Assembly (NCBI GenBank): GCA_048938005.1
Contig: JBHLMQ010000010.1
Coordinates: 40,482-104,481 of the forward strand
DNA: 64,000 bases
Direction: 5' to 3'
Source: Promethearchaeota archaeon
GTDB taxonomy: Archaea; Asgardarchaeota; Lokiarchaeia; Sigyniarchaeales; SOKP01
The notes under the pieces: model-generated
Told to the model about the DNA's origin: nothing
Database searches by the model: none
The model's input: only the letters and a program-made list of their open reading frames with translations
In this document: positions 21,480-31,629 of the stretch, piece by piece
Layout: the number at the start of each line of letters is the position of its first letter
Numbering within the stretch: position 1 is the stretch's first letter
Position numbers and translations under genes: made by a program

Positions 21480-21572
21480 AGGCCCGTGGCGAAGCATGGA
21501 TATCGCGGCAGCCTCCTAACTTAAAGGAAAGGAGTAAGCTGACGATCGGGGGTTCAAATCCCCCCGGGCCTG
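21480..21572 (+). tRNA. tRNA-Arg(CCT) with 18-nt intron at position 37/38 (21519-21536)
   Basis: Acceptor AGGCCCG/CGGGCCT, D stem GCGA/TCGC, anticodon loop CT-CCT-A|A, T arm GGGGG-TTCAAAT-CCCCC; intron AGGAG pairs with CTCCT giving a bulge-helix-bulge; no encoded CCA. Confidence 0.95.
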
Positions 21573-21623
21573 CTATTTTTCATCTTTGAAACTTTTTATA
21601 TTATAGTTTTTTTTTCAAGTATA

Positions 21624-23570
21624 ATGAAAAAAAAATATGTTACTACATTATCCTATTTAAAAGTAGTAGTTAGACCCAGATTTCCAAAATTCGTTAGAAT
21701 TTTTAATTCATATATAATGAAACATGGGGCTGTGCCTATTGTTAAGATTTTAGCTAAATTTTTGGGTCTTAATTTTCCTAAAAATGGAGTTAAAAAATAT
21801 CCTGAATATATGGTAAATTTAGAGGATGGTACTAAATTAGCGACCGATGTATATGTTCCTAAAAAGATTTTCGAGAATCATGGTAAATGTGCTACTATAT
21901 TAGTAAGATTACCATATTGGAAAGACAATTTAAGTATTATAGGTTATACATACGCCGCCTATGGATTTGTAGCAGTAATTCAAGATATTAGAGGAACAGG
22001 TCATTCAAGTGGCTTCAATTATTATCTATTTACAGAGAGAGAAGATGGGTTAGAAACTTTAGAATGGATATCTAAACAATATTGGTATAACGGAAAAATA
22101 GGAATGGCAGGAGCAAGCTATTTTGGCATCACTCAACTCACACTTTCATGGGATAATGAATATTTGACTTGTATTTCCCCGGCTATCACATCAACATTGA
22201 ATTTATGGAAAAATAATGGAGGACTTGAGATTCATGCCTTAACTACTTCTATTTATAGGATAATGCTGAATATCGCCTCACATCAAGAGGCACCCAATGT
22301 TGATACATTAACAGAATTAATGCAAGAACGATATTTGAATCCAAATTATGCTATATTTAATGATCCTATTAAAAAGAAAAGTGGAATTAGGTTATCTCAG
22401 TTAAAAGGTAAATCTATTAAAGAAGTTCAAGATCTTTTGGTAGCTTTTTATAATATTAAAAATTTTGATCCCTCTAAGCGTAGTCTCAAAATTTATTTTG
22501 AATTTTTAAATGATTTCTTAATTACAAGAGGTTTGGATAAGGACTCATACAAAATGTCTGGATTCTTGGAAATGGATGCGGAAAAAATTTCTCAACCTGT
22601 TTTTATGCTAGCTGGTTGGCAGGATATGTTTTTAGAGAAACAATTAGCAGATTTTATTGAAATCAAGGAGAAGGCAGTCGGAGATCCAAGAAAATATTCG
22701 AAATTGTTAATAGGTTCATGGGCACATGGAGCGAGTGGACACCCTGAAAGCAAGATTCGAAATGCTGGAATGCTACGATTTTTCAAAGAATTCCTAAGTC
22801 TCGATTGGAACCGTTATTGGTTAATGGATGAAAAAAATGCATTTCCCGATATAAACAAACCTTCGATTAAATATTGGGTTATGGGAAGAAATATTTGGAG
22901 ATATGCAGAGGATTGGCCACCAAGAAATATTGACTATAAAAAATTGTACATTCATTCTGGTGGAAATGCAAATAGTATTAAAGGAGATGGCATACTAAAT
23001 ACTGAACAACCGACCAATGAAGCAGAAGATAAGTATATTTTTGATCCTATGAATCCAATTATAACTAAAGGTGGTAGAAATTTAGGTATTTTAAAGGGGG
23101 CTCAAGATCAAAAAGATGCTGAAAAAAGAACAGATGTGCTGATATACACTACTAAATCATTAGAGAAAGGAATAGAGATAACTGGTCCAGTGAAGATGAT
23201 CCTATATGCCTCATCATCAGCAATAGATACAGATTTTATGGTCAAATTAGTTGATGTATTTCCTAGGGGGAAAGCGATTAATATTCTTGATGCTGGAATT
23301 CGTGCCCGGTTCAGAAATGATGATGCTAATCCCTCGCTTATCGAGCCGGGAAAAGTGTATAAATATGAGATAGAATTAGGAAATACTTCAAATTACTTTA
23401 GGAAAGGACATCAAATACGAATTGAAATAACATCAAGTAATTTTCCAAGATTCGATATCAACTCAAACTTAGGAGGAGAAGGGAAACCAGGAAACTATTT
23501 TATTGCAGAACAAAAAGTTTATCACACACAGGAATTCCCTAGTCATCTTATAATTCCTGTTCTAAAATAA
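21624..23570 (+). CDS. CocE/NonD family serine hydrolase (peptidase S15-like)
   Basis: DGTKLATDVY, QDIRGTGHSSG, GASYFG nucleophile, GWQD, GSWAH, C-terminal ITSSNFPRFD. Confidence 0.9.
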   Translation: MKKKYVTTLSYLKVVVRPRFPKFVRIFNSYIMKHGAVPIVKILAKFLGLNFPKNGVKKYPEYMVNLEDGTKLATDVYVPKKIFENHGKCATILVRLPYWKDNLSIIGYTYAAYGFVAVIQDIRGTGHSSGFNYYLFTEREDGLETLEWISKQYWYNGKIGMAGASYFGITQLTLSWDNEYLTCISPAITSTLNLWKNNGGLEIHALTTSIYRIMLNIASHQEAPNVDTLTELMQERYLNPNYAIFNDPIKKKSGIRLSQLKGKSIKEVQDLLVAFYNIKNFDPSKRSLKIYFEFLNDFLITRGLDKDSYKMSGFLEMDAEKISQPVFMLAGWQDMFLEKQLADFIEIKEKAVGDPRKYSKLLIGSWAHGASGHPESKIRNAGMLRFFKEFLSLDWNRYWLMDEKNAFPDINKPSIKYWVMGRNIWRYAEDWPPRNIDYKKLYIHSGGNANSIKGDGILNTEQPTNEAEDKYIFDPMNPIITKGGRNLGILKGAQDQKDAEKRTDVLIYTTKSLEKGIEITGPVKMILYASSSAIDTDFMVKLVDVFPRGKAINILDAGIRARFRNDDANPSLIEPGKVYKYEIELGNTSNYFRKGHQIRIEITSSNFPRFDINSNLGGEGKPGNYFIAEQKVYHTQEFPSHLIIPVLK

Positions 23571-23590
23571 AAAATTATTTTACCTTGTTA

Positions 23591-23869
23591 TTAAAATATT
23601 TTTTCATAATATAATTTTAACATTGATCCAAACTTTTTTATAATATCTTGTAAAGATAAGCCTAAATCAGAATTTGCTACCATCATTCCCTTTTTATTGC
23701 TAAGGTAAACATCATTTTGTTTTAATCTTAATTTTTTTAAGAGTTTATGATAAATTTCTTTAAATTGGCTTTTTAGATTTTTATCTGTTAAAGGTATTAC
23801 AATGTTTTCGCCACTTTGTACAATTCTAAAAAGAAAAACATTTTTTTCTTGATGTTGAGCATTATTCAT
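23591..23869 (-). CDS. hypothetical protein, possible beta-grasp (ubiquitin-like) fold
   Basis: 92 aa; strand-strand-helix-strand-G-strand pattern; no C-terminal GG. Confidence 0.5.
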   Translation of the reverse strand: MNNAQHQEKNVFLFRIVQSGENIVIPLTDKNLKSQFKEIYHKLLKKLRLKQNDVYLSNKKGMMVANSDLGLSLQDIIKKFGSMLKLYYEKIF

Positions 23870-24057
23870 TTCTATTTAATTAGAATTTTCCTATAACAAA
23901 AAGATTTTCTTTTATTCCTTAGATTTATAATTTAAAAATAGAGTTTATCTTAACGATTGGATTCTCTGTACATATCGAACTTAAGTACAATAGGGATAAG
24001 CTATAAATAAGAAGCTAACACTTTCATATAATGCCAATAAAATTAGAGGTGAAAAAT

Positions 24058-25788
24058 TTGCCAAAAAGAATGTTAAGAGTCAATATGACTAATCTTGAGG
24101 CTAAATTCGAAGATTTACCACAAGAATTTGCTGAATTAGGTGGACGTGGTATGACATCAACCATCGTAGCTAAAGAAGTCCCCCCAACATGTAATCCACT
24201 AGGATCTCATAATAAAATAGTGTTTGCCCCTGGGATTGTTACAGGTACGGCTGCTCCTACATCAGGTCGTATTTCCGTCGGTGGAAAATCTCCATTAACA
24301 GGAGGAATAAAAGAAGCAAATGCGGGAACAAATTTTGCCCAAAAACTTGGTAGAATGCGTATTGGAGCTATAATTGTTGAAGGTAAACATGAAGGAGATG
24401 ATTATTATCTCTTAAAAATTACTAATGATGGTGCAGAATTCATGAACGCAAACAAGTGGTCAGGTAAAGGATTATATGGTGTTTATAAGGATCTCTATAA
24501 AGAATTTGGAAAAAATGTTGGGATTTGTGGCGTAGGAATAGTTGCTGAAATGCTTGGAGCAATGTCAGGGGTATGTTTTAATGATCCTGAAGGTTTACCT
24601 AGTAGATATGCTGGACGAGGAGGACTTGGTGCTGTTATGGCATCTAAAGGTTTGAAATTTATTGTTGCGGATGAAACTGGTGCACCTGGTGTAGAAATTG
24701 TAAATGAAGAACTCTTCAAACAAGGCACCAAAAAACTTAGAGATGCACTTTTAGAACATGATGTAACTAAAGTGGAGGGTGCACTTAATTCTTATGGTAC
24801 AAGTGTTTTAGTCAATATTATAAATGAAGCTGGTGGATTACCACAGAGAAATTTCTCTGCGGGACAAGATGATAGATCTGAGAAAGTATCTGGAGAAGCT
24901 AAAGCAGAGGAAATTAAAAAACGTGGAGGCGTTCGTCCTCACTTCTGTAGTCCTGGATGTGTTATTCAATGTTCTGAAGTTTGGTGTAAGCCTGGTGGAA
25001 AAGATCCAGTTGGAGTTCTCGAATATGAAAGTGTTTGGGCGCTTGGACCCAATTGTTCAATATATAATTTAGATGACATTGGTGAGTTAAACAGAGCTTG
25101 CAATGATTTAGGATTAGATACAATTGAAGCAGGAGATACACTCGCTGTAGCAATGGAAGGAGGATTAATTAAATTTGGAGATGGAAAAGGAGCATTAAAA
25201 CTTATGGATGAAATTCGAAAGAAGACTCTAACAGGGAAAATACTTGCTAATGGAACAGAAATTACAGGCAAAGTTTTAGGAGTAACAAGAATTCCGACGG
25301 TAAAAGGTCAATCATTACCTGCTTATGATCCTCGTGCAATAAAAGGAATTGGGGTGACCTATGCAACCACACCCATGGGAGCAGATCATACCGCAGGGTA
25401 TGCGATTGCTCCAGAGATATTAGGTGTTGGAGGAGAATTAGATCCGTTGAGTCCTGAAAAAGCAGAAGTCTCTCGTAATTTACAAGTAGCTACTGCGTTC
25501 TTAGATTATTCAGGACATTGCTTATTCGTAGCCTTTGCAATTCTCGATATTGCTTCAGGATTAGAAGGTATAGTAGAATCCCTTAATGGAGTTATGGGTA
25601 CAAATTATACAACTGACGATGTTGGAAGGATTGGAAGGGAAATAATCGATAAAGAATTAGAGTTTAATAAAAAAGCGGGTTTCACTCCTGTACATGATAG
25701 ACTTCCAGAATTTTTTATGGAAGAGAAGCTTCCACCCCATAATACAGTTTTCGATGTATCAAATGATGATTTGGACAGTGTTTTTTAA
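24058..25788 (+). CDS. tungsten/molybdopterin aldehyde:ferredoxin oxidoreductase family
   Basis: MLRVNMT, LGGRG, KSPLTGGIKEANAG, AGRGGLGAVMASKGLK, C-x3-C-x3-C, EYES, GLDTIE, YDPR, DRLP; TTG start after GAGGTGA. Confidence 0.92.
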   Translation: MPKRMLRVNMTNLEAKFEDLPQEFAELGGRGMTSTIVAKEVPPTCNPLGSHNKIVFAPGIVTGTAAPTSGRISVGGKSPLTGGIKEANAGTNFAQKLGRMRIGAIIVEGKHEGDDYYLLKITNDGAEFMNANKWSGKGLYGVYKDLYKEFGKNVGICGVGIVAEMLGAMSGVCFNDPEGLPSRYAGRGGLGAVMASKGLKFIVADETGAPGVEIVNEELFKQGTKKLRDALLEHDVTKVEGALNSYGTSVLVNIINEAGGLPQRNFSAGQDDRSEKVSGEAKAEEIKKRGGVRPHFCSPGCVIQCSEVWCKPGGKDPVGVLEYESVWALGPNCSIYNLDDIGELNRACNDLGLDTIEAGDTLAVAMEGGLIKFGDGKGALKLMDEIRKKTLTGKILANGTEITGKVLGVTRIPTVKGQSLPAYDPRAIKGIGVTYATTPMGADHTAGYAIAPEILGVGGELDPLSPEKAEVSRNLQVATAFLDYSGHCLFVAFAILDIASGLEGIVESLNGVMGTNYTTDDVGRIGREIIDKELEFNKKAGFTPVHDRLPEFFMEEKLPPHNTVFDVSNDDLDSVF

Positions 25789-25812
25789 CATATAAATGTT
25801 TATTAAATTAAA

Positions 25813-26097
25813 ATGCCAATAAAAGTAAAACTATTTGGAGACTTAAGGAAAAAATTAGAGCCCCAGATTTCAGGAACAATGCCATTAAGGTTAGATTTTG
25901 ATGATTCGGGGATTAACAGGGTATCTGATATTATTACAAAGTTTAGGATTGAGGAAAATGAGGTTAGCCATATTTTCGTAAATGGACGATTTTCAGGATT
26001 TAGAAAAAAAGTGGAAAGTGGAGATATTGTAGCATTATTCCCTAGAAATATGGGTTTATTATACAAATGGTATTTTAAACGAGAAGATGATGAATAA
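25813..26097 (+). CDS. MoaD/ThiS-like beta-grasp protein lacking C-terminal GG
   Basis: IKVKLFGDLR, IFVNG, GDIVALFP, then a non-canonical tail NMGLLYKWYFKREDDE. Confidence 0.8.
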   Translation: MPIKVKLFGDLRKKLEPQISGTMPLRLDFDDSGINRVSDIITKFRIEENEVSHIFVNGRFSGFRKKVESGDIVALFPRNMGLLYKWYFKREDDE

Positions 26098-26335
26098 CAA
26101 TAAAATTACAGTGACAGTCAAATTTTTTGCTACATTGAGGGAATACGGTCCAGATAAAGAAGTCTTAACAATTGACAAAACAAGTAAGGTTAAATTATTA
26201 TTCGATAAATATAATATCCCAAAGGATGAAAGAAGAGCAATAATTTTAGTTAATGGTCGTCCTCATAAAGATCTCAATACTGTTCTGAAAGATGGAGATT
26301 TAATTTCAATTTTCCCTCCAATAGGTGGCGGTTAA
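26087..26335 (+). CDS. MoaD/ThiS/SAMP family sulfur carrier
   Basis: VTVKFFATLR, ILVNG, LKDGDLISIFPPIGGG terminal GG. Confidence 0.9.
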   Translation: MMNNNKITVTVKFFATLREYGPDKEVLTIDKTSKVKLLFDKYNIPKDERRAIILVNGRPHKDLNTVLKDGDLISIFPPIGGG

Positions 26336-26402
26336 GTCATCCTAAAAATATAAATTTCTTTTTTTTCTTTTTTTGTAAAACATAAATATTTCTCAATTGA
26401 AT

Positions 26403-26960
26403 TTATTCATTTCTTTTCATCCAATCTTCTTTTAATAAGCTATATATCTTAACATCGAGATAGTTTCCATCAACGTAGAACTCATCTTTCTGGATTCCTT
26501 CGAGTATAAATCCTATTTTCTCAGCAACAGTCCAGGAGCCAATATTTTCAACACAAACTCTGCCAATTAATTTATTTAGATTCAACTCATTGAAAGCATA
26601 CTCAAGAAGTAATTCCGTCGCTTCTGTAGCGATATTTTGTCCCCAATAATCCAGTTCTCCAATTTTAATGAAGGCATATGCCCATCTATTAATCCAATCA
26701 ATACCACCTAATCCTATTAGACCTATCGGTTTTTTATTTAATTTATCCCATATTTCAAAAGCTATTAATCTCCGCACTCCTTTCTCATGGGGTTCAAACC
26801 ATTTTTTAAGATCTTCAACTATGCTAGGTAGAATTTCTCGAGCATATTTGCGAACTTTTGGATCGTTCTCCCATTTCACATACAAATTGATATGTTCTGA
26901 ATTTTGAGGTAAAAAGCAAACATTTTTCCCTTCAATGAAGACAGGAATTTTTTCCTCCAT
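26403..26960 (-). CDS. GNAT acetyltransferase, RimJ/RimL family
   Basis: IG..DYWGQNIATEA, AFNELNLNKL, N.GS..VAEKIGF..EG; start after GGAGTGA. Confidence 0.88.
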   Translation of the reverse strand: MEEKIPVFIEGKNVCFLPQNSEHINLYVKWENDPKVRKYAREILPSIVEDLKKWFEPHEKGVRRLIAFEIWDKLNKKPIGLIGLGGIDWINRWAYAFIKIGELDYWGQNIATEATELLLEYAFNELNLNKLIGRVCVENIGSWTVAEKIGFILEGIQKDEFYVDGNYLDVKIYSLLKEDWMKRNE

Positions 26961-27010
26961 ATAATATGTCACTCCCCAATTCTTTTTAATTATTAATCCA
27001 TTATATTATT

Positions 27011-27580
27011 CTATTTTTCCGGTTTTAACCATTCATCCTTAAAAATAACAAAGTTAAGGAGATCTACGTATTCTCCATCAATATAGGCTTCCTTTTTAAG
27101 TGTAATTTCATGTTTAAAACCAATTTTTTCAGCTACTCGTGAAGCGGCTTTATTTGGGAAAAAGGTTCGAGCAGTGATTTTATGTAAATTCAATTCATTA
27201 AAACCATAATTAACAACTAATTTTCCTGCTTCTGTTGCAATGTCTTGACCCCAATAATCAGTGTCTCCAATAAGATAAAATATATGTGCATTACGAGTAA
27301 ACCAGTTAATTCTAATAAATCCCACCAATCCGATTGGTTTATTATCCTTTTTATGCCAAATTTCAAAGAAAATATCTCCTTTTACTTCTCCTTTTTTTGG
27401 TTCAAACAATTTTTTTACTTCTTCAACAGTTTGAGGAATGTTGTATCTCATATATTTACGAACGTGTGGATTATTCATCCATTTGTTATATAGGTTAATA
27501 TGATCAACGTTTGAAGGGCAGAGATTAACGTTTTCTCCTTCTATAAAAGAAATAGCAATAGATTCTTTGCTTTCACTCAT
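27011..27580 (-). CDS. GNAT acetyltransferase, RimJ/RimL family (tandem paralog)
   Basis: DYWGQDIATEA, GFNELNLHKI, NKAASRVAEKIGF. Confidence 0.88.
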   Translation of the reverse strand: MSESKESIAISFIEGENVNLCPSNVDHINLYNKWMNNPHVRKYMRYNIPQTVEEVKKLFEPKKGEVKGDIFFEIWHKKDNKPIGLVGFIRINWFTRNAHIFYLIGDTDYWGQDIATEAGKLVVNYGFNELNLHKITARTFFPNKAASRVAEKIGFKHEITLKKEAYIDGEYVDLLNFVIFKDEWLKPEK

Positions 27581-27746
27581 TTCAATTGAAAATATTATTA
27601 TATTTTATAAGTAACAGTAAAAATGAGCCATACAATATTAATTCTGATATAGGTTGAGAAATTTTTTTGTTATTATAGTTTTAATAATTAATGTTATTAA
27701 AAAATGAAAAAAAAAATAGATTTGAAAATTAATTTATTGAATTTTT

Positions 27747-27959
27747 CTATACAATTTTCATTGCCAAGTTCATGTCCTCAAGTGTGAGTTTCTTTCTCCC
27801 AGCGTGGCGGGTCATCTCAAGAGCTTTATTTGTCATACCTTTTGCTAATTTTTCTAAATAATCAATTAAAGCATCTACTGCATCTCGAGCTACCATTTCA
27901 GCGCCATTATCTTTCATTAACTTTCGAACAGGTGACCAGGCAAATACTTTCTTAGCCAT
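27747..27959 (-). CDS. archaeal histone (histone fold)
   Basis: PVRKLMKDNGAEMVARDA...HAGRKKLTLEDM; GGAGG upstream of MAKK. Confidence 0.92.
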   Translation of the reverse strand: MAKKVFAWSPVRKLMKDNGAEMVARDAVDALIDYLEKLAKGMTNKALEMTRHAGRKKLTLEDMNLAMKIV

Positions 27960-28265
27960 TTTTTTACATTCCTCCACTTTTTAATTTTTTTTAATAAGTT
28001 CGTAAAGTCCATATTTTTTAACATGAACTTTATTAATTAATAATATTTTATTCAAATATTTAAAACTTGCGTAAAATTATCGATAGAGTATGTTTCGGTT
28101 AATAATTTCATCCTATCGACAAAATTGCGATGTCTGAAAAGAAAAGCGGCAGATATGGTTCTGAGCTTTTAGATCTGAGATTTTTTTTAATTTTAAATAT
28201 GTTAACTAAAGAAAATCAAATTGTTGATCTATTTAACTCATTTTATAAATTGAACAAATTTCTCT

Positions 28266-28832
28266 TTATGTTTTTAGTTTTTTTCGCATTACATAATAAT
28301 CTTTAAATTCTTTATAAATAATAAAACCTTCGGAGGTATACAATGAAATTGGTCCTCGGTAACTATGGGCATCTGATAAACTTTCTCCCGTTCGTGGGTA
28401 TGCTTCAATTAGATTAAAACCTTTATCTTTAGAACTAGAACAAGCATATCTTAAAAGTTGTCTCGCTATTCCTTGTTTTCTATATGAAGGGGCAATAATA
28501 AAACAAATAATTGAAGCAATTTTATCATTTGTTCTTTCTTCATATGGGATTTTGGCAAAATTTTCTTTTGAATTAATATTACACCATCCAACTGGTTCTT
28601 CATCTAAATATGCAATTAGTCCATTCATCTTGCCAGCAAGAATTAAATCTTTTGACTGGTCTCTATTTTCTTCTGCACTTCTTTTAAAAAATTGCTTATT
28701 TGTTCCAGCAAAATGATAAAATTGGCAATAACAAGTAGCCCAATCAGGATTATCTGAAAAAGCAATATTATCGAAATAGTAGAGAAAATCATCAATAAGA
28801 TCTGGTGATAAAGGCTTTATAACTATATCCAT
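28266..28832 (-). CDS. GNAT acetyltransferase
   Basis: W.TCYC, VGWC, ICFIIAPSYRKQGIA, IEAYP, YRGP. Confidence 0.85.
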   Translation of the reverse strand: MDIVIKPLSPDLIDDFLYYFDNIAFSDNPDWATCYCQFYHFAGTNKQFFKRSAEENRDQSKDLILAGKMNGLIAYLDEEPVGWCNINSKENFAKIPYEERTNDKIASIICFIIAPSYRKQGIARQLLRYACSSSKDKGFNLIEAYPRTGESLSDAHSYRGPISLYTSEGFIIYKEFKDYYVMRKKLKT

Positions 28833-28907
28833 TTTTTTCCCTTTTGTAGCTTATTTTAAAAATTTTTGAAAATCATTACTAAATGAGTAATAAAAATTAA
28901 TATCCCT

Positions 28908-29834
28908 TTATTTAAAAGTAGATCTAATTAAGTTTGCGAATTCTCTCAAACTAGTTAGATTTGGAAAATCTAAGAATCCAGTAACAATATGTTTTACTCC
29001 AACTTTTTTATATTGCTGAATTCTTTCTTTAATGAAAGAAGAATTTCCTATCATACAATTTAACTTATCAATCGGTATGTTCCGATAGCGAGAGATTTTT
29101 TTCAACTCTTTTTTTGCTAATTTTTCATCATCGGTTACAAGGGTATATGCTGCCCCTCCAAATGCAACTTGTAGCTGATTGAAATCTCGATTAATTTTTT
29201 CCATTTTTTTTTTTATTTCTTCGAGATCTTTTGCAAATTGCTTTGGTGATGGTAAAACAGGAATCCAACCATTCCCTTCTTCTGCCACTAATTGTTTGAT
29301 TTCGGGAGATTTGCCACCAATCCAAATAGGTGGATAAGGTTTTTGTATTGGTTTTGGTTCAAGAGTAGCATTTTTAATCCTATAATATTCTCCATTAAAA
29401 GATACATTATCTTCTGTCCACAATTTTTTCATAAGTAAAATAGATTCTTTAAGATGACTTACTCTAATAGGAAGCTTATCCCAATTAAGTCCAAAAGAAA
29501 TATGTTCAGCCTTATACCAGCCAGCGCCAATACCTAGATTTATACGACCTTTAGAAATGTGATCTATTGTAGAAATCATTTTTGCCAGAAGTGAAGGATG
29601 TCGAAATTGGTTGCAAAGTACGTATGTACCTAAACGAATTTTTTCTGTTGCTGTTGCCAATGCTGAAAGAATAGTCAATGCTTCTAGACCATGTGATCGT
29701 CCTTTTGGAGAGATTAAATGATCAGTTATCCAGAGAGAATCATAGCCTACCCGTTCGGCTTCTTTCGCAATTTTTAAAAATATCTCCCAATCAGCATAAG
29801 GGGCTGTTGAATGAAGAATTACTCCAAATTGAAT
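28908..29834 (-). CDS. LLM-class (luciferase-like, probably F420-dependent) oxidoreductase
   Basis: Frame is open 5' of the ORF-track start (29678) and encodes QFGVIL...AERVGYDSLWITDH; also LGTYVLCNQFRHP, GRINLGIGAGW, PPIWIGG; start appears to be ATT/ATA. Confidence 0.88.
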   Translation of the reverse strand: MQFGVILHSTAPYADWEIFLKIAKEAERVGYDSLWITDHLISPKGRSHGLEALTILSALATATEKIRLGTYVLCNQFRHPSLLAKMISTIDHISKGRINLGIGAGWYKAEHISFGLNWDKLPIRVSHLKESILLMKKLWTEDNVSFNGEYYRIKNATLEPKPIQKPYPPIWIGGKSPEIKQLVAEEGNGWIPVLPSPKQFAKDLEEIKKKMEKINRDFNQLQVAFGGAAYTLVTDDEKLAKKELKKISRYRNIPIDKLNCMIGNSSFIKERIQQYKKVGVKHIVTGFLDFPNLTSLREFANLIRSTFK

Positions 29835-29957
29835 TATTAATCATCTTTAGAGTTTGAATTATTAGTTCTAGTGTTTATTAATTTAAAAATTATTAAAATT
29901 TATTCTAAATTTAGTACTTTAATAATTATAGAGAGATTTATATTAGTTTATAGAAAA

Positions 29958-31517
29958 CTAATATTTATGATCAATAGCAGAGAGCAATACTTTCAATTGA
30001 TCGAATATATCTGGACGATAATCAAGCCCAATTCTGAAAAATAAGAGATCTACTAATTTATTATCGATATGTTCATCAACATTTAATTTTTCAATTATGT
30101 CTGACCAATCAATGGTCTCAGAGGCTCTTACTCCGATTAAAATCACTCCATTTTCTTTTGTATTTTCTACAATTTTAATAATTATCTCTCTCCAGGCAGG
30201 AGTAATGTGTTCTAAATTTCGAGCGTCAAAAATACAAAATATCCCGTCAGAACTGGAAATATCATCAACAGCCGAATATTGATGTTGTTTTAATATCAAA
30301 CCATTTGTAAATTGATAAACTTTTTCATCATCATAATCTCTTATCAATGATTTCTCTCCTAATTTTGTGATATTAGTTATGATTTGCAATCCAGGATTCC
30401 AATGTAAACTCTCAGTAATAAGAGATAAAGTGAAAACAATTTTTTTTGCCAGAATAGAATTGATTATATCTAATAGAATTTCACCGCGTCTTTCTTCTTC
30501 AATTTCTTTGCTTTTCATTACATAATGATATGAAATTAAGTTAAACGCATCCTCAACATTGCTTCCTGTTAACGCACTAGTTTCAATATAAGACAATTTA
30601 ATTTTTTCTCTTTGAGATAAATTATTTGCTAATTTTGCCCCTTCCTGATAAAAGACTTTTCTATTTTCAACTAAATCAGATTTATTTCCAACTATTACGA
30701 TTGGTATATCTTCTTCCGGCGTAAAAAGCTTTAATTCCTCAAACCAACTTAATACATTATCAAAAGTTTTACGATCAGTTAAATCAAAAACTAGAAATGC
30801 CGCTTGAGCGCCTGAATAATAGACTTTTCGGAATCTTTTAAAGAATTTTTGCGCTCCCAAGTCATACAAGGTAACTCCAATCTCATTTCCAAAAAATTCA
30901 AATGTGTGAGATAAAACATTCAATCCAATAGTTGCTCTATAATCTTCTGTATATTTATTTTCGACAAATCTTCTTATTATCGATGTTTTACCTACTTCAT
31001 GATCACCTATAATAACGAATTTAAACCGATATTCACCATGAGTACCAATATCCATCTGATATAATTGATTTTTTAACCTTTGTACGTTTCCTGCTTCATA
31101 TTCAAAATTAGGGACCGAAATTTGAATCATGTCATCTTCATCAGCAGTAAGAATTTGAGCTGTCTTCTCTGCTAAAAAAAGACCATATGGCGAAAGATTT
31201 TCAATTGAAGCCATACTTTCTAAGACCAAGCTCAGAATTCTTTCTTCATCAACAGAGATGAATAAAAGACGATGATCCTCAGTATCAAAATTAGCAGTAC
31301 CAAATTTCTGAAAATCAAATTCACTACGCATCCGTTCTAATACAGGATTTATTATTGATGTTAAAACAGAAACTAATTCTATGTCAATATCTTTCCTTTT
31401 TTCACCAGCAATAATTAATCCTTCAGAATCAGAAATTATTACAGCTTCTACTTCCTTATTTATCTCTAAAAATTTATCAAATAATTCTCTGAAGAGTTTA
31501 TTTTTCTGAATTGGCAA
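29958..31517 (-). CDS. roadblock/LC7 + Rab-like small GTPase + degenerate GTPase-fold domain
   Basis: N-terminal EVEAVIISDSEGLIIA roadblock; GDHEVGKTS, ATIG, YDLGAQ, GNKSD, ETSAL; C-terminal SDGIFCIFDAR...VILIGVR. Confidence 0.88.
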   Translation of the reverse strand: MPIQKNKLFRELFDKFLEINKEVEAVIISDSEGLIIAGEKRKDIDIELVSVLTSIINPVLERMRSEFDFQKFGTANFDTEDHRLLFISVDEERILSLVLESMASIENLSPYGLFLAEKTAQILTADEDDMIQISVPNFEYEAGNVQRLKNQLYQMDIGTHGEYRFKFVIIGDHEVGKTSIIRRFVENKYTEDYRATIGLNVLSHTFEFFGNEIGVTLYDLGAQKFFKRFRKVYYSGAQAAFLVFDLTDRKTFDNVLSWFEELKLFTPEEDIPIVIVGNKSDLVENRKVFYQEGAKLANNLSQREKIKLSYIETSALTGSNVEDAFNLISYHYVMKSKEIEEERRGEILLDIINSILAKKIVFTLSLITESLHWNPGLQIITNITKLGEKSLIRDYDDEKVYQFTNGLILKQHQYSAVDDISSSDGIFCIFDARNLEHITPAWREIIIKIVENTKENGVILIGVRASETIDWSDIIEKLNVDEHIDNKLVDLLFFRIGLDYRPDIFDQLKVLLSAIDHKY

Positions 31518-31629
31518 GACTTTTTCTACCTATGAAAAAAATTATGAATTGATCTTTTTCTTATCAATATTATATTTATTATAGAGATTTTTATTATTAT
31601 TGATTATTAATCTTTGTGTAAAGTCAAAA

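Noticed and set aside
27995-28120. Inverted repeats upstream of the histone gene (AAGTTC/GAACTT; TCGATAG/CTATCGA) as an ncRNA
   Set aside because: Short stems in AT-rich DNA, no covariation evidence available
29835-29850. Selenocysteine read-through of the in-frame TGA upstream of the LLM gene
   Set aside because: TGA lies before the family's normal N-terminus, another stop (TAA) is two codons further upstream, and it fits an SD-like element better
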